From the NCBI GenBank assembly GCA_964291675.2, contig OZ219866.1:1312001-1376000 (forward strand): DNA of 64,000 nt, written 5' to 3'. Position 1 is the first letter of the stretch. The number at the start of each line of letters is the position of its first letter. The notes beneath the pieces are model-generated. The model did not search any database, was not told where the DNA came from, and was given only the letters and a program-made list of their open reading frames with translations. Position numbers and translations under genes: made by a program. Shown one piece after another: positions 1 through 9,829 of this stretch. This stretch comes from Alphaproteobacteria bacterium (GTDB lineage: Bacteria > Pseudomonadota > Alphaproteobacteria > MPNO01).

Positions 1-702
1 CCCAAGTACTTCAAGAAGAAGTTCGAGTCGAACGGGGTGCTGTTCGCGCGATCCACCGTCACGCCGCCCAACCAGATCCTCAGCCGCGACCGGCCGATCA
101 AGATGCTGGAGGATCTCAAGGGCCGCAAGGTGGGCGGCAACGTGCAGCCCCAGTTCATCCGGGCGCTCGGCGCGACGCCGGTCGCCTTGACGGTGCCGGA
201 GTACTACACCGGCTTTCAGACCGGTGTGGTCGATACCATGGCCATGCATGACGCCGGGCTCAAGCTGTTCCGCATGATCGAGCTGACCAAGTACCGCACG
301 CTCGCCAACCTCAGCTCGGTGCCGATCGAATACTGCATGAACAAGGACTTCTTCCTCGGACTGCCCCGCGACGTGCGCGAGGTCTTCCATGTCTGGCTGA
401 TGCGGTTGAACCACGCGGAGGCCGAGGTCTATTTCGACAAGGTCTCGGGGATCGGCAGGCGGGACGCCGAGAAGGCCGGCATCCAGACCTATACCCTGCC
501 CGAGAAGGAATACGCGCGCTGGGTGGCGGCGGTGCAGCCGGGGATCGACGCCTGGGTCGAGGAGATGGAAGGCAAGGGCCTGCCGGCGCGACAGATGCTG
601 AGCGATCTCAAGGCCAGGGTCGCGGCACTCGCCAAGCTGTCCCATGACGCGCTGTTCAAGAAGATCTACACCGCGCCCTATCCCGGGCTGGTCGACTACT
701 AG
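1..702 (+). CDS. dctP: TRAP transporter substrate-binding protein DctP, copy 1 (5' end outside window)
   Basis: LEDLKGRKV...ALGATPV...EYYTGFQTGVVD is a DctP pattern; collinear with 2110-2811 at offset 2109. Confidence 0.85.
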   Translation, partial: PKYFKKKFESNGVLFARSTVTPPNQILSRDRPIKMLEDLKGRKVGGNVQPQFIRALGATPVALTVPEYYTGFQTGVVDTMAMHDAGLKLFRMIELTKYRTLANLSSVPIEYCMNKDFFLGLPRDVREVFHVWLMRLNHAEAEVYFDKVSGIGRRDAEKAGIQTYTLPEKEYARWVAAVQPGIDAWVEEMEGKGLPARQMLSDLKARVAALAKLSHDALFKKIYTAPYPGLVDY

Positions 703-758
703 GGCGATCGGTCGGGCGCCGCGGAGCAGGCGGCGCCGAGGGGTCGAAATGGGCGACG

Positions 759-1286
759 ATGGTGGGTGATGCGCCGAGCGAGCCGGAGCGCCCGGAGCAA
801 TCGGCGCTCGACCGCTTCACCCGCCACCTGTTCTTCTTCGGATCCCTCGCCTCGTTCATGGCGATGGTGCTGCTCATCGCGCTCGACACGATCCTGCGCT
901 ATTTCTTCAACGCGCCGATATTCGGTGCGCAGGAAGTCGTCGGCCTCGGGCTCCTGATCGCGTTTCTTGTGGCCCTTCCGCATTCCTGGCATGGCAACTA
1001 CCACGTGCGCATGGACCTTCTCTACCAGCGCTATGGCAGGCGCGCGAAACTTCTGATCGACGGGCTGGCGGGCATCGGGGCGCTGGCGTTCGGCGGACTC
1101 CTGGCCTACCAGGGCTATTTCACGATCTCGCGCTACATGGCCTTCAGGAAGACGACCTCCCTGCTGGAGATCCCCTATTGGCCGTTCTCGATCTGCGTCG
1201 GCGTGTTCGCGACCGTCTTCTGCCTTTCCGTCGTCCTCAACCTGATCCGGGCGTTCCGCACGACCGCATCCGGCGACCCGCGCTAG
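759..1286 (+). CDS. dctQ: TRAP small permease DctQ, copy 1
   Basis: 175 aa, about 4 TM segments, DTILRYFFNAPIFG and HVRMDLL motifs; follows dctP. Confidence 0.88.
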   Translation: MVGDAPSEPERPEQSALDRFTRHLFFFGSLASFMAMVLLIALDTILRYFFNAPIFGAQEVVGLGLLIAFLVALPHSWHGNYHVRMDLLYQRYGRRAKLLIDGLAGIGALAFGGLLAYQGYFTISRYMAFRKTTSLLEIPYWPFSICVGVFATVFCLSVVLNLIRAFRTTASGDPR

Positions 1287-1394
1287 ATGGAGCCGGTCAC
1301 CCTCGGGGTCATCGGTCTGATAGCTCTCGTGGTGTTGATCGCGTTCGGGGTTCCGCTCGCCTTCGCGATCACGCTGGTCGCGGTCGCCGGCATT
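1287..1394 (+). pseudogene. dctM: 5' stub of dctM cut by the duplication junction (ORF runs on to 1469 in unrelated sequence)
   Basis: First 36 codons match 3396-3503 almost exactly, then diverge abruptly. Confidence 0.85.
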
Positions 1395-1492
1395 TCAATG
1401 GCGACGATCGCGGTCTCGCGCGGCCGGAGTTCCAGCATGTCCATCATCTTGGTGGTCATGTTGGAGTGATCGACGATTTCCACCGTGGTCAT
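1395..1492 (-). pseudogene. 5' stub of a divergent gene, probably isochorismatase/cysteine hydrolase family
   Basis: GAGGGA RBS then ATG at 1492; MTTVEIVDHSNMTTKMMDMLELRPRETAIVAIEM resembles the family's N-terminal LxPxxTALVVIDM strand; cut at the junction. Confidence 0.55.
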
Positions 1493-1583
1493 AATTGGCT
1501 TCCCTCTGTCGTCGCACCGTCGGCGTCTCGACGTCGAAACCGCGGGTTCGTGGGCGGGATTCGCCGGCTCACCGGACCGCGCC

Positions 1584-1613
1584 TTGACCGGCACGATTCC
1601 CAGCCATTAGCAT
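1584..1613 (+). promoter_or_regulatory. Possible sigma70-type promoter for dctP copy 2
   Basis: TTGACC-N18-TAGCAT upstream of a strong RBS (GGGGAGGAGAGG) and GTG at 1651. Confidence 0.35.
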
Positions 1614-1650
1614 AGCCCGCAAGACAACCAAAAGAACAGGGGAGGAGAGG

Positions 1651-2811
1651 GTGACACACAAGAGGAGCCCGGGATTTGCGCTGGGCGCAATCTTCGCCGG
1701 ATCGATCCTGGCGCTTTCGGCGCCCGCCGGCGCAAAGAGCATGGTCGAGCAATGGCTGGATGGCGAGCTGGCCCAGGCCGGCCCGAAGCTGACCTACCAG
1801 GGCAAGCCGATCACCATCCGCATATCCACGTTTCTCGGCGCCGGCAATCCGCTGACCAACATCTGGGCGAAGGCGGTCAAGCGCCTGGATGCCGAGGCCG
1901 GAGGCAAGATCCGGGTCAAGACATTCTATGGCAACTCGCTCGCCGATTCCGAGCGCGGCGCGTTCGAGGCCGTTTCCGCCGGCGTCGCTGACGTATCGAG
2001 CTGTTATTCGTTCATGAATCCCGGGTTCTTCGATCTGCAGCTCGGGTTGCGGCTCCCCTTCCTTTTCGAGAGCACGACCGTCGGATCGCACGCGATCCTT
2101 CAGATCTATCCCAAGTACTTCAAGAAGAAGTTCGAGTCGAACGGGGTGCTGTTCGCGCGATCCACCGTCACCCCGCCCAACCAGATCCTGAGCCGCGATC
2201 GGCCGATCAAGGTGCTGGAGGATCTCAAGGGCCGCAAGGTCGGCGGCCCGGTGCAGCCCGAATTCATTCGGGCGCTCGGCGCGACGCCGGTTGCGTTGTC
2301 GGTACCGGAGTTTTACACCGGCTATCAGACTGGCGTGGTCGATACCATGGCCATGCATGACGCCGGGCTCAAGCTGTTCCGCATGATCGAGCTGACCAAG
2401 TTCCGCACGCTCGCAAACCTCAGCTCGGTGGCGATCGAATACTGCATGAACAAGGACTTCTTCCTCGGACTGCCCCGGGACGTGCGCGAAGTCTTCCATG
2501 TCTGGCTCATGCGGCTGAATCACGCAGAGGCCGAAGTCTATTTCGACAATGTCTCGGAGATTGGCAGGCGGGATGCCGCCAAGGCGGGCATCCAGACCTA
2601 CACCTTGCCCAAGCAGGAGTACGCGCGCTGGGTGGCAGCCGTGCAGCCCGGAGTCGATGCCTGGGTCAAGGAGATGGAAGACAAAGGCCTTCCGGCGCGG
2701 CAAATGCTGAGCGATCTCAAGGCCAAGATCGCCGAACTCGATAAGCTGTCCTATGACGCTTTGTTCAAGAAGATCTACATCGCGCCCTACCCGGGACTGG
2801 TCGACTATTAG
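1651..2811 (+). CDS. dctP: TRAP substrate-binding protein DctP, copy 2
   Basis: Signal peptide, GGKIRVKTFYGNSL, LRLPFLF, LEDLKGRKV; 386 aa. Confidence 0.9.
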   Translation: MTHKRSPGFALGAIFAGSILALSAPAGAKSMVEQWLDGELAQAGPKLTYQGKPITIRISTFLGAGNPLTNIWAKAVKRLDAEAGGKIRVKTFYGNSLADSERGAFEAVSAGVADVSSCYSFMNPGFFDLQLGLRLPFLFESTTVGSHAILQIYPKYFKKKFESNGVLFARSTVTPPNQILSRDRPIKVLEDLKGRKVGGPVQPEFIRALGATPVALSVPEFYTGYQTGVVDTMAMHDAGLKLFRMIELTKFRTLANLSSVAIEYCMNKDFFLGLPRDVREVFHVWLMRLNHAEAEVYFDNVSEIGRRDAAKAGIQTYTLPKQEYARWVAAVQPGVDAWVKEMEDKGLPARQMLSDLKAKIAELDKLSYDALFKKIYIAPYPGLVDY

Positions 2812-2867
2812 GGGAGTCGGCCGGGCGCGGCGGAGAGGGCGGCGCCGAAGGGTCGAAACGGGCGACG

Positions 2868-3395
2868 ATGGTCGGTGATGCGCCGAGCGAACCCGAGCGC
2901 CTGGAGAAATCGGCGCTCGACCGTTTCACCCGCCACCTGTTCTTCTTCGGATCCCTTGCCTCGTTCATGGCGATGGTGCTGCTCATCGCGCTCGACACGA
3001 TCCTGCGCTATTTCTTCAACGCGCCGATATTCGGTGCGCAGGAAGTCGTCGGCCTCGGGCTCCTGATCGCGTTTCTTGTGGCCCTTCCGCATTCCTGGCA
3101 TGGCAACTACCACGTGCGCATGGACCTTCTCTACCAGCGCTATGGCAGGCGCGCGAAACTTCTGATCGACGGGCTGGCGGGCATCGGGGCGCTGGCGTTC
3201 GGCGGACTCCTGGCCTACCAGGGCTATTTCACGATCTCGCGCTACATGGCCTCCAGGAAGTCGACCTCCCTGCTGGAGATCCCCTATTGGCCGTTCTCGA
3301 TCTGCGTCGGCGTATTCGCGACCGTCTTCTGCCTTTCCGTCGTCGTCAACCTGATCCGGGCGTTCCGCACGCCCGGACCCGGCAACCCACGCTAG
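2868..3395 (+). CDS. dctQ: TRAP small permease DctQ, copy 2
   Basis: Near-identical to 759-1286; abuts dctM. Confidence 0.9.
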   Translation: MVGDAPSEPERLEKSALDRFTRHLFFFGSLASFMAMVLLIALDTILRYFFNAPIFGAQEVVGLGLLIAFLVALPHSWHGNYHVRMDLLYQRYGRRAKLLIDGLAGIGALAFGGLLAYQGYFTISRYMASRKSTSLLEIPYWPFSICVGVFATVFCLSVVVNLIRAFRTPGPGNPR

Positions 3396-4697
3396 ATGGA
3401 ACCGGTCACCCTCGGGGTCATCGGTCTGGTAGCCCTTGTGGTGTTGATCGCATTCGGGGTTCCGCTCGCCTTCGCGATCACGCTGGTCGCGGTCGCCGGC
3501 ATTGTCGAGATCTTCGATTTCGCGCGCGCCGCCGTGCAGATCTTCAACATGCTGTTCACCAAGGGCACCAGCTTCATCCTGGCCAGCGTGCCGCTGTTCA
3601 TCTTCATGGGCCAGCTGGTCTCGGAAGGGAACATCGGCAAGGACCTCTACGACTGCGTCCACAAGTGGTTCGGCCGGCTGCCGGGCGGGCTGGCGATCAC
3701 CTCCGTGCTGACCAGCGCCGGGTTCGGCGCGGTCACCGGCGTCAGCGCGGCCGCGGTGGCGACGATGGCGACCATCAGCCTGCCCGAGATGCGGCGCTAC
3801 GACTACGACATCCGGCTCGCGGCCGGCAGCATCGCCTCGGCCAGCACGCTCGCCATTCTGGTCCCGCCCAGCCTCCTGTTGGTGCTCTACGGGGTCTGGA
3901 CCGAGACCTCGATCGGCCAACTCTTCATCGCCGGCATCGTCCCGGCGATCTTCATGTCCACGGTGTTCTGCCTCTACATCTACATCCGCTGCAGGCTCAG
4001 CCCCGCGATGGGGCCGACCGGGCCGCGCTACCCGCTGGACGAGCGCCTTCGCGCGCTCGGCGCGCTGGCGCCGATCCTGACGATCTTCGTCATCGTCATC
4101 GGGGGGATCTATGCCGGCGTGTTCACCCCGAGCGAGGCCGCCGGGGTCGGCTGCTTTGCGGTGCTGGTCCTGCTGATAATGACCGGGCGGCTCGACCGGG
4201 CCGGGTTCATCCGTGCGCTGCTCAGCTCGGCGCGGCTCACGGTAATGATCTTCACCATATTCATCGCCGTAAACCTCTTCACCAGCTTCCTCGCGGTGAC
4301 CGAGATCACGCCCACATTCATCGGGTTTCTCGGCGAATCGGGCCTGAATCGGTACCTGGTGATGGCGATCATCGTGGCGATGTTCGTCTTGATGGGCATG
4401 GTGCTCGACCCGATCGGGATGCTGCTGCTGGCGTTGCCGTTCGTCTTTCCGGTCGCCATGCAGCTCGGCTTTCACCCGGTCTGGTTCGGCGTCATCATCA
4501 CCGTGCTGGTTGAAATCGCCCTGGTGACGCCGCCGGTCGGGTTCAACTGCTATATCCTGAAGCAGATCGCCGGGGACGTCGAGATCGGCGACATCTTCCT
4601 CGGCACCGGCCCGTTCGTCGCCATGTCGCTGCTCCTGATCGCCGGTTTCACCGCCTTCCCTGGCATCGTCCTCTGGCTGCCGCAGGCGATGTATTAG
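3396..4697 (+). CDS. dctM: TRAP large permease DctM
   Basis: 433 aa, hydrophobic, VPLFIFMG, LVPPS, FTPSEAA, VTPPVG motifs. Confidence 0.95.
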   Translation: MEPVTLGVIGLVALVVLIAFGVPLAFAITLVAVAGIVEIFDFARAAVQIFNMLFTKGTSFILASVPLFIFMGQLVSEGNIGKDLYDCVHKWFGRLPGGLAITSVLTSAGFGAVTGVSAAAVATMATISLPEMRRYDYDIRLAAGSIASASTLAILVPPSLLLVLYGVWTETSIGQLFIAGIVPAIFMSTVFCLYIYIRCRLSPAMGPTGPRYPLDERLRALGALAPILTIFVIVIGGIYAGVFTPSEAAGVGCFAVLVLLIMTGRLDRAGFIRALLSSARLTVMIFTIFIAVNLFTSFLAVTEITPTFIGFLGESGLNRYLVMAIIVAMFVLMGMVLDPIGMLLLALPFVFPVAMQLGFHPVWFGVIITVLVEIALVTPPVGFNCYILKQIAGDVEIGDIFLGTGPFVAMSLLLIAGFTAFPGIVLWLPQAMY

Positions 4698-4759
4698 CGC
4701 GCTATCCGATCGGGTTGGATCGCGGCCGGCGTCGTGAAGGGCGGGCAGGTGGAACCGCG

Positions 4760-6388
4760 CTACGCCGTCGGCAGGACGTGGTCCTTGTAGTCCTCGCGGA
4801 GCTGCATCTTCAGGAGCTTGCCGGTCGCGGTGTGCGGCAGCTCGTCGACGAACACCACGTCATCGGGCACCCACCAGCGCGCCACCTTGCCCTCGAAATA
4901 GGCGAGCAGCGCCTCGCGGGTGAGCTCGGAGCCCTCGCGCCTGACCGCCACCAGCAGCGGGCGCTCGTCCCATTTCGGATGGCGGACGCCGATCGAGGCG
5001 GCCTCGGCGATCTCGGGATGGCCGATTGCGATGTTCTCCAGCTCGATCGAGGAGATCCACTCCCCGCCCGACTTGATCACGTCCTTCGACCGGTCGGTGA
5101 CCTGCATGTTGCGCCCGGGATCGATGGTGGCCACGTCGCCGGTGGCGAACCAGCCCTTGTCGTCATGGGTGTCGGACCCGCTCTCCCTGTAATAGGACCG
5201 GCACACCCACGGCCCGCGCACTTTCAGCATGCCGAAGGCGACGCCGTCCTCGGGAAGCGGCTTGTCGTCGTCGTCGACGATCTTCATCTCGACGCCGAAG
5301 AAGACGCGGCCCTGCTTGACCTGGCGGTCGCAGAACTGCTCCGGCGTCTCGTCCCCGGTGCCGTGGGTCGGGCTGTTGATGGTGCCGAGCGGCGACATCT
5401 CGGTCATCCCCCAGGCATGGCGCACCTCGACTCCGTGGCGGGCGAGGAAGGCTTCGATCATCGCCCGCGGCACCGCCGAGCCGCCGATGACCAGCCGCTT
5501 GACGGTCGACAGCGTCTTTCCCGTCTCCTCGAGATATTGCAGCAGGCCGAGCCACACCGTCGGCACCCCGGCCGAGATGGTCACCCCTTCGGTCTCCAGC
5601 ATCTCGTAGATCGAGGCGCCGTCGGCGAGCGGGCCGGGCAGCACCAGCTTCGCCCCCATCATCGCCGTGAAATAGGGAAAGCCCCAGGCGTTGACGTGGA
5701 ACATCGGCACCACCGGCATGGTGGTGTCGGTCGCGGCGACGTTGATCACGTCCGGCAGCGCCGCCGACATCGCATGCAGGACGGTTGAGCGGTGGCTGTA
5801 GAGCACGCCCTTGGGGTTGCCGGTGGTGCCCGAGGAATAGCAGAGCGTGGAGGCGGTGTTCTCGTCGAAGGAAGGCCATTCGAAGTCCTCCGACGCGCCC
5901 GCCATCAGCGTCTCGTAGCACAGCGCCCCGGGCAGGCTCGTTTCCGGCATGTTGGCCTCGTCGGTCATGACGACATAGGCCTCGACGGTCTCGAACCGGT
6001 CGGCCAGCTGCTCGACGAGCGGCACGAAGGTAAGGTCGAGGAACAGCACCCTGTCCTCGCCGTGGTTGACGATATAGGCGATCTGCCCCGCGAACAGGCG
6101 CGGGTTGACGGTGTGGCAGACCGCGCCCGAGCCCGAGCTCGCGTAGTAGATCTCGACATGCCTGTAGGTGTTCCAGGCGAGCGTGCCGACCCGGTCGGAG
6201 GGTCCGATTCCGAGCGCGCGGAGCGCGTTGGCAAGCCGCCTCGCGCGGCGTTCGAGATCGCCATAGCCGTAGCGGTGGATCGGCCCCTCGACGCTGCGCG
6301 AGACCACCTCGGTGGCCGCGTGATTGGCCGCGGCGTTCCTCAGCAGGGACGAGACCAGGAGCGGCGTCCCCATCATCAGACCTTCCAT
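4760..6388 (-). CDS. Acyl-CoA ligase, AlkK/DmdB-like (3-methylmercaptopropionyl-CoA or medium-chain fatty acid CoA ligase)
   Basis: AMP-binding [39 protein letters not shown]; N-terminus [26 protein letters not shown]. Confidence 0.85.
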   Translation of the reverse strand: MEGLMMGTPLLVSSLLRNAAANHAATEVVSRSVEGPIHRYGYGDLERRARRLANALRALGIGPSDRVGTLAWNTYRHVEIYYASSGSGAVCHTVNPRLFAGQIAYIVNHGEDRVLFLDLTFVPLVEQLADRFETVEAYVVMTDEANMPETSLPGALCYETLMAGASEDFEWPSFDENTASTLCYSSGTTGNPKGVLYSHRSTVLHAMSAALPDVINVAATDTTMPVVPMFHVNAWGFPYFTAMMGAKLVLPGPLADGASIYEMLETEGVTISAGVPTVWLGLLQYLEETGKTLSTVKRLVIGGSAVPRAMIEAFLARHGVEVRHAWGMTEMSPLGTINSPTHGTGDETPEQFCDRQVKQGRVFFGVEMKIVDDDDKPLPEDGVAFGMLKVRGPWVCRSYYRESGSDTHDDKGWFATGDVATIDPGRNMQVTDRSKDVIKSGGEWISSIELENIAIGHPEIAEAASIGVRHPKWDERPLLVAVRREGSELTREALLAYFEGKVARWWVPDDVVFVDELPHTATGKLLKMQLREDYKDHVLPTA

Positions 6389-6501
6389 CGCACTGCCTCC
6401 TTCGCTCGGCTTGCCGGGGGCACTCTATCGCCGCGGAAAAAGGGCGACAATTCGGTCTCGCCGGATACACTCGCCCCCGGTGACGGCGGGGGAACGGGAC
6501 G

Positions 6502-7818
6502 ATGGTCGATGCCAAGCTGCCGAAATTCGACACGCTGAGCCTGCATGCCGGCCAGCAGCCGGACCCGGCGACCGGCGCCCGCGCGGTGCCGATCTACCAG
6601 ACCACCTCCTACGTCTTCCCCGACACCGACTACGCCGCCTCGCTGTTCAACCTGGAACGCGCGGGCCATATCTACACCCGCATCTCCAACCCGACCACGG
6701 CGGTGTTCGAGGAACGCATCGCCGCGCTCGAAGGCGGCGTCGGCGCGGTGGCCACGGCGAGCGGCCAGGCCGCGCTCCACCTCGCGGTGGCGACGCTGAT
6801 GGACGCAGGCTCCCATATCGTCTCCTCGGCCTCGATCTATGGCGGCAGCCACAACCTGTTCACCCACACTTTGCCCCGCTTCGGCATCGAGACGACCTAC
6901 GTCGATCCGCGCGACCCGGCGGCGTTCCAGGCGGCGATCCGCCCGGAGACCCGGCTGGTCTTCGGCGAGACGCTCGGCAATCCGGGGCTCGAGGTGATGG
7001 ACCTGCCGCGCATCGCCGGGGTCGCGCACGCGGCGGGCATCCCGGTGCTGATCGACAACACCTTCGCCTCGCCCGCCCTGTTCCGGCCGTTCGAGCACGG
7101 CGCCGACCTGGTGCTCCACTCGGCGACCAAGTTCTTGGGCGGGCACGGGGTCGCCATCGGCGGGGTGCTGGTCGACGGCGGCATTTTCGACTGGCAGGGA
7201 TCGGGCATGTTCCCGACCCTGACCGAGCCCTACGCCGGCTATCACGGTATCAATTTCTCGGAAGAGTTCGGCCCGGGCGCCTTCGTCATGCGGGCGCGCG
7301 CGGAGGGGCTGCGCGATTTCGGCGCCTCGATGAGCCCGGCCAACGCCTTCTACCTCTTGCAGGGGGTGGAGACGCTGCCGGTCCGCATGGCGCGGCATGT
7401 CGAGAACACGCGCAGGATCGTCGCCTTTCTCGACGGGCACGGTGCGGTATCGTGGGTCGGCTACCCGGAGCTCGCGAGCCACCCCGACCATGCGCTGGCC
7501 GCGCGGCTCCTGCCCAGGGGGTGCGGCGCGGTGTTCTCCTTCGAGATCGCCGGCGGGCGCGAGGCGGGGCGGGTGTTCATCGAACGGCTCGGCCTGTTCT
7601 CCCATCTCGCCAATGTGGGCGACGCCAAGTCGCTGGTGATCCACCCGGCCTCGACCACGCACCAGCAGATGGACGCGGCGGCGCTGAAGGCGGCGGGGAT
7701 CGGCGAGGGTCTGGTCCGGCTCTCGGTCGGGCTGGAGGACCCGGACGATCTGATCGGCGATCTCGACCAGGCGCTCAGGGCGGCGGCGCGCGCCACGGCC
7801 CCGCGCGCGGCGGAGTAG
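6502..7818 (+). CDS. metY: O-acetylhomoserine aminocarboxypropyltransferase (sulfhydrylase)
   Basis: PIYQTTSY, YTRISNPT, PLP lysine motif HSATKFLGGHG, HLANVGDAKSLVIHPASTTH. Confidence 0.9.
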   Translation: MVDAKLPKFDTLSLHAGQQPDPATGARAVPIYQTTSYVFPDTDYAASLFNLERAGHIYTRISNPTTAVFEERIAALEGGVGAVATASGQAALHLAVATLMDAGSHIVSSASIYGGSHNLFTHTLPRFGIETTYVDPRDPAAFQAAIRPETRLVFGETLGNPGLEVMDLPRIAGVAHAAGIPVLIDNTFASPALFRPFEHGADLVLHSATKFLGGHGVAIGGVLVDGGIFDWQGSGMFPTLTEPYAGYHGINFSEEFGPGAFVMRARAEGLRDFGASMSPANAFYLLQGVETLPVRMARHVENTRRIVAFLDGHGAVSWVGYPELASHPDHALAARLLPRGCGAVFSFEIAGGREAGRVFIERLGLFSHLANVGDAKSLVIHPASTTHQQMDAAALKAAGIGEGLVRLSVGLEDPDDLIGDLDQALRAAARATAPRAAE

Positions 7819-7822
7819 GCGG

Positions 7823-8626
7823 ATGGAGTTTCTCGTCGACGGGAAGACCGCCTTCGCGGCCACCGGCGGGCGGGCCTTCGATGCCGCGCGCCCGGCCATC
7901 CTGTTCGTCCACGGCGCGGCCAACGACCATTCGGTGTGGCATCTGCCGGCGCGCTATTTCGCGCATCACGGGTTTGCCGTCGCCGCGATCGACCTGCCGG
8001 GCCACGGGCGGTCGGAGGGCGCGCCGCTGGAGACGATCGACGACATGGCGGCCTGGCTCGGCCGGGCGCGGGACGCGATCGGGCTCGGCCGGGCGGTGCT
8101 GGCGGGGCACAGCATGGGCGCGCTGATCGTGCTGTCGGCCGCCGCCGCCGCGCCCGAGAGGACGGATAAGCTGATCCTGCTCGGCCCCGCGTCGGCGATG
8201 CCGGTGCATGACGACCTGCTGGATGCGGCCCGGCGCAACGACCGCAAGGCGATCGACCTGATCACCTATTGGGGGCTCAGCCGGGATTCGCAGATCGGCG
8301 GGCACCGCAGCCCGGGCCTCTGGATGAACGGCGGCGGGCAGCGGCTGTTGGAGAGCGCCGACGACGGGGTGCTGGCGGCCGGGCTCGCCGCCTGCGCGGC
8401 GTTCGCGGACGGTGAGGCGCGCGCCCGCCTCGTGGCGGCGGAGACCCTGCTGATCCTCGGCGAGCGGGACATGATGACACCGGTCAAGGGCGGGCTCGCG
8501 CTCGCCCGCACGATCCCCGATGCGCGTCACGTGGTGCTCAAGGGCTGCGGCCACATGATGCTCGCCGAGCGGCCCAACGAGACCCTGGACGCGATGCGGG
8601 ATTTCCTCCTGCCGGACGCGCTATAA
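7823..8626 (+). CDS. Alpha/beta fold hydrolase
   Basis: VHGA, DLPGHGRS, nucleophile GHSMG, GERD, GCGH triad motifs. Confidence 0.9.
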   Translation: MEFLVDGKTAFAATGGRAFDAARPAILFVHGAANDHSVWHLPARYFAHHGFAVAAIDLPGHGRSEGAPLETIDDMAAWLGRARDAIGLGRAVLAGHSMGALIVLSAAAAAPERTDKLILLGPASAMPVHDDLLDAARRNDRKAIDLITYWGLSRDSQIGGHRSPGLWMNGGGQRLLESADDGVLAAGLAACAAFADGEARARLVAAETLLILGERDMMTPVKGGLALARTIPDARHVVLKGCGHMMLAERPNETLDAMRDFLLPDAL

Positions 8627-8632
8627 CGCGGC

Positions 8633-9829
8633 ATGGACTTCACCCTGCCGCCCGAGCTCGACGATTACCGCCGCCGCGTCCGCGGCTTCGTGGAACAGCA
8701 CATCCTGCCGCTGGAGCGGGATGCGGCGAACGCCGACGAGCACGAGAATTTGCGCGACGACGTGCTGCAAGAAATGCGCGCCAGGGTCAGGGCCGCCGGT
8801 CTCTGGGCGCTCCAGATGCCGAGGGAGCGCGGCGGTCAGGGCCTGCCCGTCATCGGCATGGCGGCCTGCTACGAGGAGATGAACCGCTCGATCTACGGGC
8901 CGGTCTGCTTCAACTCGGCGGCCCCCGACGACGGCAACATGATCGTGCTGGAGAAGGTCGCGACCGAGGCGCAGAAGGAGCGCTGGCTGCAACCGATCGT
9001 CGACGGCAAGGTGCGGTCGTCCTTCGCCATGACCGAGCCGATGCCGGGCTCGGGCTCCGACCCCGCGGCGATGCTGACCACGGCGACGAAGGCGGGCGAC
9101 CGCTGGGTCGTCGACGGGCACAAGTGGTTCATCACCGGGGCCGGGGTGGCGCAACACTTCATCCTGATCGCGCGGACCTCGGACGACCGGCGGCGCGGGC
9201 TCACGGCCTTCCTGTTCGATGCCGGCCAGCCCGGCTTCGAGATCGTCCGGCGCATCCCGATCATGGGGCCTGAGGAGCATGGCGGGCATTGCGAAATCCG
9301 CTTCGACGGCATGGAGATACCCGACGAGAACCGGCTGATGGAGGTGGGGGACGGGCTCAAGCTCACCCAGATCCGGCTCGGCACCGCGAGGCTCACCCAC
9401 TGCATGCGCTGGACCGGGATGGCCAAGCGCGCTCTGGAAGAGACGTTTGCCTATGTCGGCGAGCGCGAGAGCTTCGGCGCCAAACTCGCCGACCACGAGG
9501 GCGTGCAGTGGATGCTGGGCGAGGCGGCGATGCAGGTCGATATCGGCCGGCTCTTGACCATGCGGGCGGCGGCGCGGCTGGACGCCGGCGATTTCGCGCG
9601 CAAGGAGGTCTCGATGGCCAAGGTCGTGGTCTCCGAGGCGCTGCACACCGCCGTCGATACGGCGATCCAGCTGCTCGGCGCGCGCGGCTACTCCAAGGAC
9701 ACCAGGCTCGAATGGATGTACCGCTACGCCCGCCAGGCCCGGCTGGTCGACGGGGCGTCGGAAGTCCACAAGATGGTGCTGTCCCGCTTCCTGCTCGAAG
9801 AGGGGGTCGATTTCTGGAGCTGGCCGTGA
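8633..9829 (+). CDS. Acyl-CoA dehydrogenase, ACAD10/11/LvaC-like
   Basis: FNSAAPDDGNM, FAMTEP..GSD, GHKWFITGA, RLVDGASEVHK (Asp where MCAD has the catalytic Glu). Confidence 0.88.
   Translation: MDFTLPPELDDYRRRVRGFVEQHILPLERDAANADEHENLRDDVLQEMRARVRAAGLWALQMPRERGGQGLPVIGMAACYEEMNRSIYGPVCFNSAAPDDGNMIVLEKVATEAQKERWLQPIVDGKVRSSFAMTEPMPGSGSDPAAMLTTATKAGDRWVVDGHKWFITGAGVAQHFILIARTSDDRRRGLTAFLFDAGQPGFEIVRRIPIMGPEEHGGHCEIRFDGMEIPDENRLMEVGDGLKLTQIRLGTARLTHCMRWTGMAKRALEETFAYVGERESFGAKLADHEGVQWMLGEAAMQVDIGRLLTMRAAARLDAGDFARKEVSMAKVVVSEALHTAVDTAIQLLGARGYSKDTRLEWMYRYARQARLVDGASEVHKMVLSRFLLEEGVDFWSWP

Larger units (their letters stand above)
1..3503 (+). repeat. Tandem direct duplication, unit 2109 bp (copy A <1-1394, copy B 1395-3503)
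   Basis: Position 1 aligns to 2110, 759 to 2868 and 1287 to 3396; homology ends after GGTCGCCGGCATT at 1394/3503. Confidence 0.9.

Noticed and set aside
1287-1469. 60-aa chimeric ORF as a functional new membrane peptide
   Set aside because: Fully explained as the dctM stub reading into antisense sequence; no evidence of selection
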